64,000 nucleotides of DNA from assembly GCA_951406725.2 (NCBI GenBank), contig OX597815.1, positions 32,488,001-32,552,000 on the forward strand, given 5' to 3'. Below, piece after piece: positions 26,753 through 41,472 of the stretch (position 1 is its first letter; each line of letters opens with the position of its first letter). Origin of the DNA: Octopus vulgaris (taxonomy: Eukaryota). Below the pieces are notes generated by a model. That model made no database searches. It was not told where the DNA came from and worked only from the letters and a program-made list of their open reading frames with translations. The position numbers and the translations under genes were made by a program.

Positions 26753-27775
26753 CTTGACATTAGGCAGGGCATTCAGCTGTAGAAACCTTGCCAGATCAGA
26801 TCGGAGCCTGGTGCAGCCTCCTGGCTTTCCAAATCACAGCGGCACTGGCGATACAAATACATACCAGTGTTTAGTTTCCATGTTTCTTTACATCAAAACC
26901 ATCAGAACAATGGTCCATTTGTTTACACATCCTGTAAATATTAAGTCCCACAACTTTGTAATTTTCATGTGAAGAGCAACAAAAAAAAAAAAAAAAACCT
27001 CACTCGAAATAACAAAAGAAGAGAATCCGGCCACAGAATACTACTTCACTAATACACATCCAACACATGCCAGCAGGGAAAATGATGTAGAAATGTTGAT
27101 GACAATGATGGCAATGATGCAATTATGTATTAGTGAAAGTGCTCTCCTCATATTGATTCACAATGTTTCAGCTGTTGTATGCTCCAGCCTTCTTTAGGTG
27201 TCTTCTGACACTGCCTATGGGCGTAGCATAGTGGATAAACTTTACTCTGACACTGCCTATGGGCGTAGCATAGTGGATAAATGCATTTGTTAATGCAGTG
27301 CCGTCACCTCAAAGGTTTTGAGTTCAGTCCCAGGCAAGGCATTAAGGTGAATCAGAAGACACCTAAAGAAGGCTGGAGCATACAACAGCTGAAACATTGT
27401 GAATCAATATGAGGAGAGCACTCTGGCTAATTGCATCATTGCCATCATCGTCATCAACATTTCTACATCATTTTCCCTGCTGGCATGTGTTGGATGTGTA
27501 TTAGTGAAGTAGTATTCTGTGGCTGGATTCTCTTCTTTTGTTATTTCAAGTGAGGTTTTTTTTTTTTTTTAATTTTGTTGCTCTTCACATGAAAATTACA
27601 AAGTTGTGGGACTTAATATTTACAGGATGTGTAAACAAATGGACCATTGTTCTGATGGTTTTGATGTAAAGAAACATGGAAACTAAACACTGGTATGTAT
27701 TTGTATCGCCAGTGCTGCTGTGATTTGGAAAGCCAGGAGGCTGCACCAGGCTCCGATCTGATCTGGCAAGGTTTC

Positions 27776-27805
<30 letters not shown>
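26753..27805. repeat. Inverted repeat with ~450-bp arms and a ~140-bp spacer
   Basis: 26753-27208 vs 27352-27805. Mirror-image ORFs at 26736(+) and 27585(-) show the same thing. Confidence 0.95.
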
Positions 27806-28826
<1,021 letters not shown>

Positions 28827-28885
28827 TAATATATACACATACACACATATATGTATACATACATACATACATACTTACATACATA

Positions 28886-28941
<56 letters not shown>

Positions 28942-29201
28942 CATCATCATCATCGTTTAACGTTCGCTTTCCGTGCTAGCATGGGTTGGACGGTTCAACT
29001 GGGGTCTGGGGAGCCCGAAGGCTGCACCAGGCCAGTCAGATCTGGCAGTGTTTCTACAGCTTCATGCCCTTCCTAACGCCAACCACTCCGATATATATAT
29101 ATTGAAACGTAAAAGACTTTCTCAGCTTCCTGAGCATCAAACTAGTACACCTGCATGTTGTTTATACACCTGTCTTTGTCTTTTGGTTTTTCTGTAAATT
29201 T

Positions 29202-29255
<54 letters not shown>

Positions 29256-29959
29256 AATCCGTGAGAAAAAAAATACAAGAAAATCAATTGGATTTACACA
29301 ATGAATATATTAGATTAAATCTAGTTTTAGATGGAAAAGAGTACAAATGACTCTTTGTTAGATAGAGGAAAAAAGCCCAGAGTAGAGGAAAAGGAGGAAG
29401 GAGAAGATAGTTCAGAGAAAAGCATGTATGTCGTTACATGGTCAAAAAAATAACTAACTGGAAGTTGGAGAGAAATAGAGAATGTGGTTTTTGAAGGCAG
29501 GAGTGTGCAAATATGGTCATTGTGTGTGTGGAGTTTATATGTGTATATATGTTTTTCTGTGTGTGTGTGTATGTGTGTGTGTGTGTGTGCGTGCGCAGGT
29601 TGTGAGTAGCAGGTTTGTATACTAGAGAGTGCTATGTAAGATGGTAGTATATGTCTTTGTGTGTGAGAGTGGAACTCATAGGTTAGTGGAAGCGAGGTGT
29701 AACAGTATTAGGATGTCCAGAGGCAGAGTGATGTGTGTGTATGTGTGTGTGTGTGTGTGACTGTGTGTATGAGTGACTTTGTGTATGTATGTATGTATCA
29801 GCCTGTCTGAGTGCACAAGCCATAGTAAGGTTTGACCTCATGGATATATGATGTGGTCAGTAGTTGAGCACCTAAACCTCTCATATATGTAGTGAATATG
29901 ACATTATATTCATGGCATGTCCAATGATGCATACAAATTTTGTTTCTTGAGGAGAGTGA

Positions 29960-30560
29960 CAAATAGTTTGGCTGAGACTGTTCATCTTATTTCTTCTACC
30001 ATGTTCAAATGAGAATTACTTGCAACCTTCCTTGCTTATGATGTTCTTTTGCCATGTTACATGGCTGCATTCACCATCTATGCAGACCTTAAATCTCTGA
30101 TACATGCTTTGAAGTTTAAACTAGATTGTCATTCACCAAGCATGCTCTTTCACTTCAACTGTATTTCAGAGTCAGTTACTGACATCAGGGTACATCCAAG
30201 AGAATGGTACTGTAGCAGAAGATGCACTTTTATGTACACAACTGGATTCATTTGATCCTTCTATTGCCATTGATTTTGAACAGATAGCAAGTGATCAGAG
30301 GAATGATGAGGAAAGTTCTCTGAGCTATGTAATTCATAATCTGTTTTGTTATATCAGCAAGTGCTTCTTTCTTATTCAGGTGGACATATTTAGTGTGATA
30401 TTTCCACTGATAATGAACATCATTTTGAGTCTAAACGAAGCAGTATTACACGATCTTCAATGCACTCTGTTTTCTATCACAGCCTTCCATCTGATATGCA
30501 CAAGAAGTTGATATCAGTAAACGTTATTTGGACTAATATCAACGAAAACCAGAGAACAAC
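29960..30560 (+). pseudogene. Decayed Ty3/Gypsy pol (RNase H C-terminus to integrase zinc-binding region)
   Basis: FTIYADLKSLIHALKFKLDCHSP...ISESVTDIR resembles FTIFTDHKPL...SPRQ.RHL.FISQFTTDIR. It is followed by IDFEQIASDQ, CDISTD, IFNAL..LSQPSI and VIWTNINE in shifting frames. Confidence 0.7.
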
Positions 30561-30984
30561 TTTGCTTCATTCAGTGTGAGGCTCAATTGCATCCACTCTA
30601 TGATAAAGGATGGATTTGGAGGCATAACAGTGAGACTTCTGTATGATATGACATTACCAGGAGAGATAGTTACCCTTTCACAATACCGAATTCTTCCAAC
30701 CATATTCACCAACTTTGTAACACATATACATCTACTCACTATAGATCTGATACTGTTCCATAAAATATCTCCAGGTTTTCATTCATTACAATAAAATAAC
30801 AAAGCCACTCCACTGGTTACGGTTTACTGATTCCTACAAGGCTTATATGTGAGTCTGTTTTGTCATCTCATCTGAAGAATGTTCCAGAGATTTCTATTCA
30901 CAAACATCTGGAGGTTGTCAATGGTGAACTTTGTAATTCACTATTTTTCACATGCATACAGCAGAACTGTCTTCACATTTGTGT

Positions 30985-31812
30985 TATTTTTTAAACCAGA
31001 AATTCTGTACCTAAAAGTACATCATCAATTAGTCTATTTTTATTATGCTGATAAGGTGTACTTTAAAGATCGTAGGAAATTTGGCTGCTTTTTCTCATAG
31101 GTTAAGCTACCGTGTGAGCTGAATACACTAAGGTTGTGTGTTTGATTCCTGGTGATGTGTTGTGTCCTTGAATAAGACACTTTATTTCACAGTGCTCCAA
31201 ATCAGCTGGCAAAAATGAAATGTACCTGTAGCTCAAAGGACCAGCCTTGTCCCATTCAGTCAATCACACTGAATCTCCCTGAGAACTTCATTAAGAGTAC
31301 ACATGTCTGTGGAGTGCTCAGCCACTTGCAAGTAAATTTCATGAATAGGCTATTGATCAAATCAACTAGAATACTTGTCATCATAACTGACAGAGTACCC
31401 CAGCCACATATATATTATATGTACTTATTGACTGAGATTTGTTTATCTTGAGCTGGAGTGCTGGCATGTCTGTTTGGTTATGAAGTTAGTTTTGCAGTTA
31501 CCTGGTTTAGAGTTCAGTCTCACAGAGTGACACCTTGGGCAAGTGTCTTCTACCAAAGCTTTTAGTTGACCAAACCTTTGAATCAAATTTGCTAGATGGA
31601 AACAATGCAGAAACATGTAGGAGACTTAATCCTTTATCTTGATTTAAATGACTATTTGGCCCTTGGGTGATTTAGCAGTGTCCATTCTGTTGCAAGCCTT
31701 CTGACCAAGATCATGGTCTAAGGATAACTCCTTTTCTTCCTCCCATGTGTTTCGGAAGCCCTGAAAAAGGTCAGAGAGCTGCCCTCCCACTTCTAGTTAT
31801 GTGATGGCAAAA
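30985..31812. repeat. Composite local duplication
   Basis: 30985-31406 equals the reverse complement of 37077-37498. 31407-31812 is a direct copy of 36365-36770. Confidence 0.93.
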
Positions 31813-33218
31813 TGGTATTGACTGGAAACTTATTTTCAACATTACAAGGCAAACTCTCCAATGGACATCCAAAAGAAACAGAAGCATAGCAAATCAAAAG
31901 CAACATAAAGTCCTTAGAAACTGAAGCATTTGCAGTGGCTACAACTGGAGACAATTGCAATCCATTACCAAGGATTGAGATGGATGGCTATATCTTTTTT
32001 AGTGACCTGTGCTCTTCTTAGAATCAAAGGAACTAAGAAGTAAAATGAAACCATTTCAGGCACTCTACAAAAGGATCTTGCAAGATGACTACCAAGTATT
32101 CTGTCATTAATGTATGCTGAAAAGAGGAGACTGTTAGCATTGACCATCTGAATAAAAGCTCATTTGGAGAGTTATCTAACACCAGACTCAGCATTACACT
32201 CAGTAATCACTAAACCACGTTAGTACCCCAGTTACTCTAGCTTCTCTGTCAGTGTACAGGAAAACTATATTGGAACCACATATACTATGGTTAGCTTGAT
32301 TTGTGCATAAACAGAAATTATTCACTTCTCACTTCAAAAAACAAAAAACAAAACAAATAAAAAAACAAAATAAAAAACAATTACTATTTTTTTAGTGAAT
32401 AACAATCCAGGAAGAGATTATGACAGATTATCTCATGATATTTTTGGCATGTCAGCAATGTGAATGTAAATCTACAAATTTAGTTTAATTTCATCTACCC
32501 AAACCAGCTGGCATCAATCACTACTTCTTGAACAATCAGCTACTGTACCTGTTTTGGACCAGTCAGCTGATGAGCTATTTCATTCTTCTACTCAGATAGC
32601 CTGGCACCAAAATGATAGGATATTTTTGTTTGTGGCCAGTCAAAAGAAATGTTGCACGGTTGCTAATGCTTCCAATCTGTCCATACTATACCAATATAGA
32701 AGGAAAATGTGTACTTTCTAAATAGTTACCTTCAGCCAACTTATTTTTCCCTAACACCACCTCTCTCTCTCTCTCTCCCTCTCTCTTCATCTCTCCTTCT
32801 TCTCCTCCTCTCTCCATATTGTTCAGGGTAACTTGTTACTCTATATACTTCCCACCACTCTTTTCTAACCACCCAAACAGCGAGTAAAAAAAATTATAAC
32901 TAAGCCACACATTTCTTAACCTAGAAAAGCTCAAAATAATATCTGTAGTAAAGTTTAAACTAATTAGATTAGTTGACTAACCAACCTTTAATCTCACTGC
33001 ATTAAGTAACTCTAGTGCTTAGTTCAAAAATATCTACAATGGCATGCTTATGTGGTTACCAAAAAAAATTCACTTTCAAACCACATTGATCCAGATTTAA
33101 TCCCACCGTATAACACTTTCTGCAAGTGTTTTCTACAGCAGCCTCAAGCTGACCAGTATCTTACGCATGAAATTTAGTTAACAAAAGCTGAACGAAGGCT
33201 CATTATGTATATTGTTCA

Positions 33219-33626
33219 TTTACTCTTTACTCTCTTTTACTTGTTTCAGTCATTTGACTGTGGCCATGCTGGAGCACCACCTTTAGTCGAGCAAATCGAC
33301 CCCGGGACTTATTCTTTGTAAGCCCAGTACTTATTCTATCGGTCTCTTTTGCCGAACCGCTAAGTGACGGGGACGTAAACACACCAGCATCGGTTGTCAA
33401 GCAATGCTAGGGGGACAAACACAGACACACACACACACACATACATATATATATACATATATACGACAGGCTTCTTTCAGTTTCCGTCTACCAAATCCAC
33501 GCACAAGGCATTGGTTGGCCCGGGGCTATAGCAGAAGACACTTGCCCAAGATGCCACGCAGTGAGACTGAACCCGGAACCATGTGGTTGGTTAGCAAGCT
33601 ACTTACCACACAGCCACTCCTGCGCC
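33219..33626 (-). mobile_element. Full-length tRNA-derived SINE, family A
   Basis: Head ggcgcaggagTGGCTGTGTGGtaag...gGGTTCAGTCTC (Pol III A/B-box-like), an internal TG/TA microsatellite and an (agagtaa)n tail. Confidence 0.85.
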
Positions 33627-34680
33627 TAAATTTGTTCATTTTTATGTCCATTTTCCTATGCTAGTGTGTGTGTGTGCATGTGCAAGTGTTTCTTTACAGG
33701 TAGGGTTCATTGGTGTTAATTCTTGGTTGTATTTACTCCCTAAGGAGAGGTCATTCTCTAAAAGGGGACATTTCAAGGTCATTATTAGAGATTAGTAAAA
33801 TGAGTGCTAAGATTGATGAAACTGGCTAAAACCTTTGATTGGCAGTGTGCCAATATTGGCAACAGTCAAGTGACTGAAACAAGTGTTGAGGAAGATGAGA
33901 TTATTAAGAATAAGGATTAGAAGTTCTTCTGCAGATAAATATTTAACAAATTCAAAAGCAGAGTTTATGGTGACTTGTCTCATCTAAAAACAAACAAACA
34001 AGCAAAATTAATGGAGTTGAACTGTATGCAATTTGTATTCTGTAGTGGAGACAAATTTAATGATCTGGAACAAAGCCTTTTTATAGAGACAGGGTGGGGT
34101 AGGGTGGTGGATTTCTTTGATAAGAGCATTTTTTTTCTTTCTCACACTGATTTCTTTTTCATATTTGAATGAGGGAGTGGGGCCGGGGGGGGGGGGCAGC
34201 CAGGCAGCGATAGATTTTTTGCTTTTATATATCTTCAATTTTCATTACCCATTAACTTGCTTTTTCCTGGCTCTTCAAGTTGTGACACACCACTCCCCTT
34301 ACACTCTCCTCACCCTAGTACACACACACAACACCCTGTTAAGCTGTCAACACTACTAAAATACTGTGAACCATTATTATTTAACCAGCTTGATCTACCA
34401 ACAGCAGACAATATTTACTTAAAATTCCTCTTATTCTTAACACCTGATAGCAAACTACCAAAGGTCAGTACTTCCCTCTCTTACCTTCTCCTTATTCTAT
34501 TTCCTGTTTACATACACACACACAGAGTTTAGCATTCAATGTATTTGCAGTCTTGCTATTTAATTATACAATATTTATTGTCTTCTCCCCCCACCTCCTA
34601 TTCCTTGCTCCTCTACTTCTTTACAAAAAATAGCCCACCCCACCGCCACCACCAACTCTCCATGACACTGTAACATTCAC

Positions 34681-34728
<48 letters not shown>

Positions 34729-34809
34729 CTGAGCTCAAATTCTGTTGAGGTCAACTTTGCCTTTCATCCTTTTGGGGTTGATATTGCTGGCCTTGTGCCA
34801 AAATTTGAA

Positions 34810-34860
<51 letters not shown>

Positions 34861-34878
34861 CTTGTGCCAAAATTTGAA

Positions 34879-34923
<45 letters not shown>

Positions 34924-35403
34924 TTCAAATTTTGGCACAAGGCCAGCAATATCAACCCCCCAGTGGATGAAAGGCAAAGTTGACCTCAACAGAATTTGAA
35001 CTCAGAATGTGAAGACAGATGAAATTCTGCTAAACATTTTAGCCAGCCAGCATGCTAGTCATTCTGTCAGAAGGCTGCCCTATACATACATACATATATA
35101 TATATATAGTGTAATAAATAAAATATATGCATACATACAAACATATATGTACGTACCTACATCTACATGTATATATACATGCATATATAAATATATATAC
35201 ATGTGAGTACAGGACACCACAACTAGACGTAGAACTCAACGAGAAACGAAAACGGAAAAACCATTTTTTTACAACAGAAAAACAGAGTACAGGACATACT
35301 ACACAAGGAAAAATCCCCTTCATCAGCTGTCACTAGTTCGACTCCAGCGTGTTTCGGCAAGACAGAACACGACTCGCCAAACTAGTCCTTCCTGCGAGAG
35401 AAT

Positions 35404-35758
35404 TATAAACGGCAAAATGTCTGTGTGTGTGTCCTTTATACAAATCCACAATTTTTCAGTTAGAGGGCTCGCACTTTCTATAGTCATTCAAAACTGTCCA
35501 AGGGTGGTCGTGCATATCTTTACATTTCCCCAGTCACCCTGCAAAGCCATTAAAAAAATCAATAGAAGTGACTTTTTTGTGAATTTTCTATCCAAAACCC
35601 AATCAAAATGCCCAAAACTTGATACACCAATTGAATGCCAGCTAGCTGTATGTGATTGGTCGGAGATTTGGACACTACTCGCCTGTATGTGTGCATGCAC
35701 GCAGCTGTATATGCATGCACTAGCACTATGACCCGGTGTTGCCGGGTCATAGTGCTTG
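35404..35758 (+). mobile_element. Non-autonomous Helitron-like element, copy 1
   Basis: Highly similar to 37704-38066. It ends in the hairpin gcactatgacccgg-tgttg-ccgggtcatagtgc. Confidence 0.7.
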
Positions 35759-37703
35759 TATGCATATATATATATATATATATATATTTACAATATGTTT
35801 ACTTATTTATTCTACAGTAGACCCATAAATGACCCCAGCCTAATTTCATAACGACATTCCCCTAGTTAGCTTCAATAACACCAAACTTTTTCCTCCTATT
35901 CCTTTTCTTTACACCCATTTATTACTTTTTCACTAATATGCTTTCCCTTTTCTTCTTAATTTTTGTGTTTTCCATGCTTTTTCAATCGCATGTCCTGCAA
36001 GTTAACATGGGGTCCCTTGACAGCAATGTAAACTTCATTCAATTAAGGTATCTTTGGCCTGACATGTAGTTAGTGGAGTACCCCTCGTTTGGACAATTGC
36101 TACTTCTGAGGTTCTGCTAGCTATGAAACAAGTGGCCTGAATTTTATCTATTCCATTCCATAATTTTGGATTTCTATTCACATACACAGCAACCCTAGCT
36201 ATTAACTATAAGCTATAAAATAACTTTTTGCAGCTTATTAATCTCTGATATAGGAAAAATTTACAACCCTCAATAAACCACTGAAAGTTGTTTTTTTTAT
36301 ACCTTCTATGAACTGCTTGAAGCTTACTAGCTTCCTACACTTTGATCCTTGAATCTTACTTTTGCATATATATTATATGTACTTATTGACTGATATTTGT
36401 TTATCTTGAGCTGGAACACTGGCATGTCTGTTTGGTTATGAAGTTAGTTTTGCAGTTACCTGGTTTAGAGTTCAATCCCACAGAGTGACACCTTGGGCAA
36501 GTGTCTTCTACCAAAGCTTTTAGTTGACCAAACCTTTGAATCAAATTTACTAGATGGAAACAATGCAGAAACATGTAGGAGACTTAATCCTTTATCTTGA
36601 TTTAAATGACTATTTGGCCCTTGGGTGATTTAGCAGTGTCCATTCTGTTGCAAGCCTTCTGAGCAAGATCATGGTCTAAGGATAACTCCTTTTATTCCTC
36701 CCATGTGTTTCGGAAGCCCTGAAAAAGGTCAGAGAGCTGCCCTCCCACTTCTAGTTATGTGATGGCAAAAGTAAATTTTTTTTTTAAATGTGTTTTACAG
36801 TCCATCATGAGCTGTATATATGCAGCTGACAATGAAGGGGCCACTACATGGTGGTCGCAATGGTGGTGACTGTTGTTGTTTAGCCTCTGGTCAAAGGTAT
36901 TCCAGCCATGACCACACTATTCTTGTATAAATTCATCACTATAATATCCAATGTGTCATTCTTTTCTTAAGTTGCTAGGATGTGTTTTGAGGGAGACTTG
37001 ACTGTTATTTCTTGCAGGTCTAGTGACTATGTAGAGGTTCTATCACTGGCTCATAGTTGTTCCTACATGGTTGCTTTGGCTGGGGCACTCTGTCAGTTAT
37101 GATGACAAGTATTCCAGTTGATTTGATCAATAGCCTATTCATGAAATTTACTTGCAAGTGGCTGAGCACTCCACAGACATGTGTACTCTTAATGAAGTTC
37201 TCAGGGAGATTCAGTGTGATAGACTGAATGTGACAAGGCTGGTCCTTTGAGCTACAGGTACATTTCATTTTTGCCAGCTGATTTGGAGCACTGTGAAATA
37301 AAGTGTCTTACTCAAGGACACAACACATCACCAGGAATCAAACACACAACCTTAGTGTATTCAGCTCACACGGTAGCTTAACCTATGAGAAAAAGCAGCC
37401 AAATTTCCTACAATCTTTAAAGTACACCTTATCAGCATAATAAAAATAGACTAATTGATGATGTACTTTTAGGTACAGAATTTCTGGTTTAAAAAATATG
37501 GGTTAGTGAGGCTTGAATGCTCTTAATCCCTAGTATTTGCTTAATCAGGCATAACCTAAAATTAGATAACAGCAAAAATATGCATTTCTCAGTTTCTCAA
37601 GTGTTAGCTACATTTACTGGTGGAGAGGAAGTAGTAGGTGAGAATGTATTATGTTGTGAGATATTTTGTGTTGGTCATTATAGTGTTGTTTTATAATGTG
37701 ACA

Positions 37704-38066
37704 TCTCTCTAAATATAAACTGCAAAATGTCTGTGTGTGTGTCCTTTATACAAATCCACAATTTTTCAGTTAGAGGGCTCGCACTTTCTATGGTCATTCA
37801 AAACCGTCCAAGGGTGGCCGTGCATATCTTTACATTTCCCCAGTCACGCCGCAAAGCTATTAAAAAATCAACAGAAGTGACATTTTGTGAATTTTCTATC
37901 CAAAACCCAATCAAAATGCCCAAAACTTAATACGCCAGTTGAATGCCAGCTAGCTGTATGTGATTGGTCGGAGATTTGGATAGTACTCACGTGTACGTGC
38001 GCATGCACGCAGCTGTATATGCATGCACTAGAACTATGACCTGGCAATGCCGGGTCATAGTGCTAG
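37704..38066 (+). mobile_element. Non-autonomous Helitron-like element, copy 2
   Basis: A|TC 5' end, subterminal hairpin actatgacctgg...ccgggtcatagt, and CTAG|T 3' end. Confidence 0.75.
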
Positions 38067-41000
38067 TTTATATTATAATGTTACACTTGCATATTGCATC
38101 AAGTAGCAGTGGGTCTTGAGGTCATATAGATATGAAATGCATGTAGAGACCATAAATGGTCAAGTGACAGTAGAGACCATAGAATAGTTTATATTGTAAG
38201 TTCATTGCCTCTAACCAAAGTGATAACATCACTTACTCTCACTTCCTCACTCTCAGATAAAGAGCAAGAATCCAAAATATTGGATTCTTTACTCCTCATG
38301 GCATTTGAATTTACCACACTCTCCTATCAGTAGCTAATAATACAATTAAGTATAATGGCTGTCATAAGTTATTGCTGTCAGCCATGATAGCAGTGTGGAA
38401 TTAGTGATTTGTTGGTATGCAGTGCTGGGTTCAAGTTCTGTTTAAAAGCTTCTGTTATAGAAATTTATCTTTCATTAGTCTAATGCTACAAAATCCAGAG
38501 ATAATCCCTAATGTTTCAGAGAAGTATTAGCATATCTAAAAGATTTCATGGCATTAAGAGAGCCACATGCAGTGTGTGTGTGTGCACGCACATGTGCATG
38601 TGTGAGTTCATTGCGAAAATTGCATTACTGTACCAAGGTCTTGTGAGAGAGTGTGTGCCATGCTCAGGTGGGTTATTGCATAGATTATGTGTAAAATTGT
38701 GAGCTTTGGTATGATTGTTAAGTTTTCCTTTATGTCCTTTTTTTTTTATCATATCCATTATGCAAATTAATATTAGTTTTGTATGTTCAGAATCTTTATA
38801 TTAGGTTTATTTCCATTTGAAAGATACTTGTCAATTCTCTTCCTTTCGGTCCTTAAGTTAATCATGAACATTTCATGATTTCATTCTTTATCCTTATTAA
38901 CATGTGGCTTTGAGTTTAACAAAGGAACTGCTACATCACTATATGACCATCTGGAAATCAAAACCTGCTTTCTTAAAAGTAAAAGGATTCATTGAACAAT
39001 ATAGTCCTAGATACACTATGCCTACAAAGTTAGAATGTTTTTAATTGTAAATCTATTCAGGTAGGGTTAACCTGGGTTAATAACTACTAATATATATAAT
39101 CTTGTTTCAATATTGCCTGCAAAAAGTTTTCCTTTGTCATGGCTATTTTATTTTTTAATACCATTTATTAATGTTTCCTTGTAGTTTGTTTACTTTAAAT
39201 AAAATCATGTTTGTGGTTTATTTTATTTCCCAGTTTGGTTTACTTTCTTTAATATTTCAATATAAACTTGATGTAAGTTGTAGGCCACTAATTTAACAGG
39301 TAACATCCACTAGAATGTCATTTAAGGTTGAGCAGTTCCAGAACTATTGTAGGGATGGTATTGACAGCTACAACTACAGAGGCAGGGAAAGGAATGATAG
39401 GGTGGTTGTAGGATTGTGAAATGGTGACAGACACTGTACAATGTGAATGCTAATTATACCTTCCACTACACATTAGTAGATGATCTAACGTATAATATAT
39501 ATACATAAAACATACTTAGTTGCACTGTGATATTTTGAGTTAAAACCAGTTAAATGACAGCGCATGTTGAAAAACTATTCTGAGATTTTGAGTTTCCTTA
39601 GATTAGTGTGTCTCAAATGGTGCACTACAAATACTACTGTGTTACAAAGGACCATCTAGGTACACTGTGGATTTTTAGAAATATAATGTAGGGCTTTGGA
39701 AAATTTATACTAATGCTTGATCAGCTTGAAAAGTCTGTTATTCATTATTTCGTGATATACAAATATGAGTAATGAAACATGGTAAGCCATAGTTTTCTAT
39801 GTTTTTCTGAAGTTTTAAAATTTTGAAACCAATTTTTAAAAAAATATCTGTATGAGTTGAATCACTTAATTATTAGTGTAAGCACAGATATAGGCTAGTG
39901 TAAAAATAAACATGGACATAGACATGAACATACATAACACACACAAAATGTACATATATTTATATAACAAGCTTCTGCTAAATCTCACAAGGTATTTATC
40001 AACCTGAGGAGATAAAAGACACTTGCCTAAAGTAACTCATTGTGTGATTGTACCTAAAGCCATATGGTGTGTTTGTGTTCATCCTTGTTCTAACATTGTA
40101 TGAGATTTGTACATGAGTAGTTCTGTCATACAAATGGTGATTGCTTGTTTACAATCTTCTGAAAACATGCTTGGCTATGGGGAAATATTACATTGTTTGG
40201 AAACAGGTAAGGGTTGGTGACGGGAAGGGCATCTGATTATAGAAAATCAACCCCAGCATATTCTGTCTGACCCATGCAACCATGGAAATGTGAATGTGAA
40301 AATGATAATGACATTTGTGTGTGTGTGTATGTACACACACACACACACACAATGTAGTGGATATTTTTAAAAAATATAAACTGAACTTCCATTTCTATAT
40401 ATATTTTGTGCCGGTGGCTTGTAAAAAGCACCCACTACACTCTTGGAGTGGTTGGCGTTAGGAAGGGCATCCAGCTGTAGAAACTCTGCCAAATCCAGAT
40501 TGAAGCCTAGTGCAGTCATCTGGCTCGTCAGCCCTCAGTCAAAATCGTCCAACCCATGCTAGCATGGAAAGCGGACATTAAGCAATGATGATGATGATGG
40601 TGATGATGTATGGTGTTCTTCTATCTCTAGCTAATGCTAGATGGTGAAAGCTGGGATGACACTGTTGATTATCTCCAGTGTGGAGGCCATACATCATCAA
40701 AGAATATTTTGCCATCATTGCAGATCACTCTTTACAGGCTTACCTGGTGGCATAGCCAACTATTGGATATCCTCATGGATGCATTAAAACAACAATGCAG
40801 AAGTATCAGAGTGGTGAGAATCAGCACCAAATTGCACCCTGTTGTTTTTCACAATGAGTGTCAGAAAGGTCATTGAAGGAGAAATAAAACAAAGGAAGAT
40901 CAGAACTCAAAACTTCTGAATGGTGGAAATGACTGGAAGGTGTATGTAGCTTTGGAGGAGATGCTCATGTTTCCAAACTTTATTGTAATAATCAGGCATA

Positions 41001-41389
41001 ATCTTGACCTTGTGGAATGGTGGCAAAAATATAACTGTGGGTTAAAAGGACCTGGGAATTTCCTAATAACAGTAGTAATTTTTTTCTTTCCTCCGTTGTT
41101 CTTTTTCCCATAGCACTCCATTTCACTAAATGAATGCTTATTCATTCATTCATTTGGTTTTTATGTCTGTTTTTTTTCAGGCTAGCATGGGTTAGACTGA
41201 TACATAATTGAGCATCATTTTACAACCAGCTGCCCTTTTTGTTATCAACTCTTACCAGTTTTTCAAGTAAGGGGCCTTTTCATTCTACACATCTTCAAAG
41301 GTGCAAAGCTAGCAGACAATTTGTTGAGAGGGGAAATGACAACAATGCCACAGTTTGTTGCTCAGCTATTTCCAATGAAGTGTAAAACT

Positions 41390-41472
<83 letters not shown>

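Noticed and set aside
27260-27341. Possible tRNA gene
   Set aside because: A- and B-box-like motifs are present but I could not fold a proper cloverleaf or anticodon arm. Treated as a tRNA-derived element head.
31820-32700. Possible continuation of an LTR-retrotransposon coding region
   Set aside because: It has coding-like complexity, but I could not recognise any gag or pol motif with confidence.
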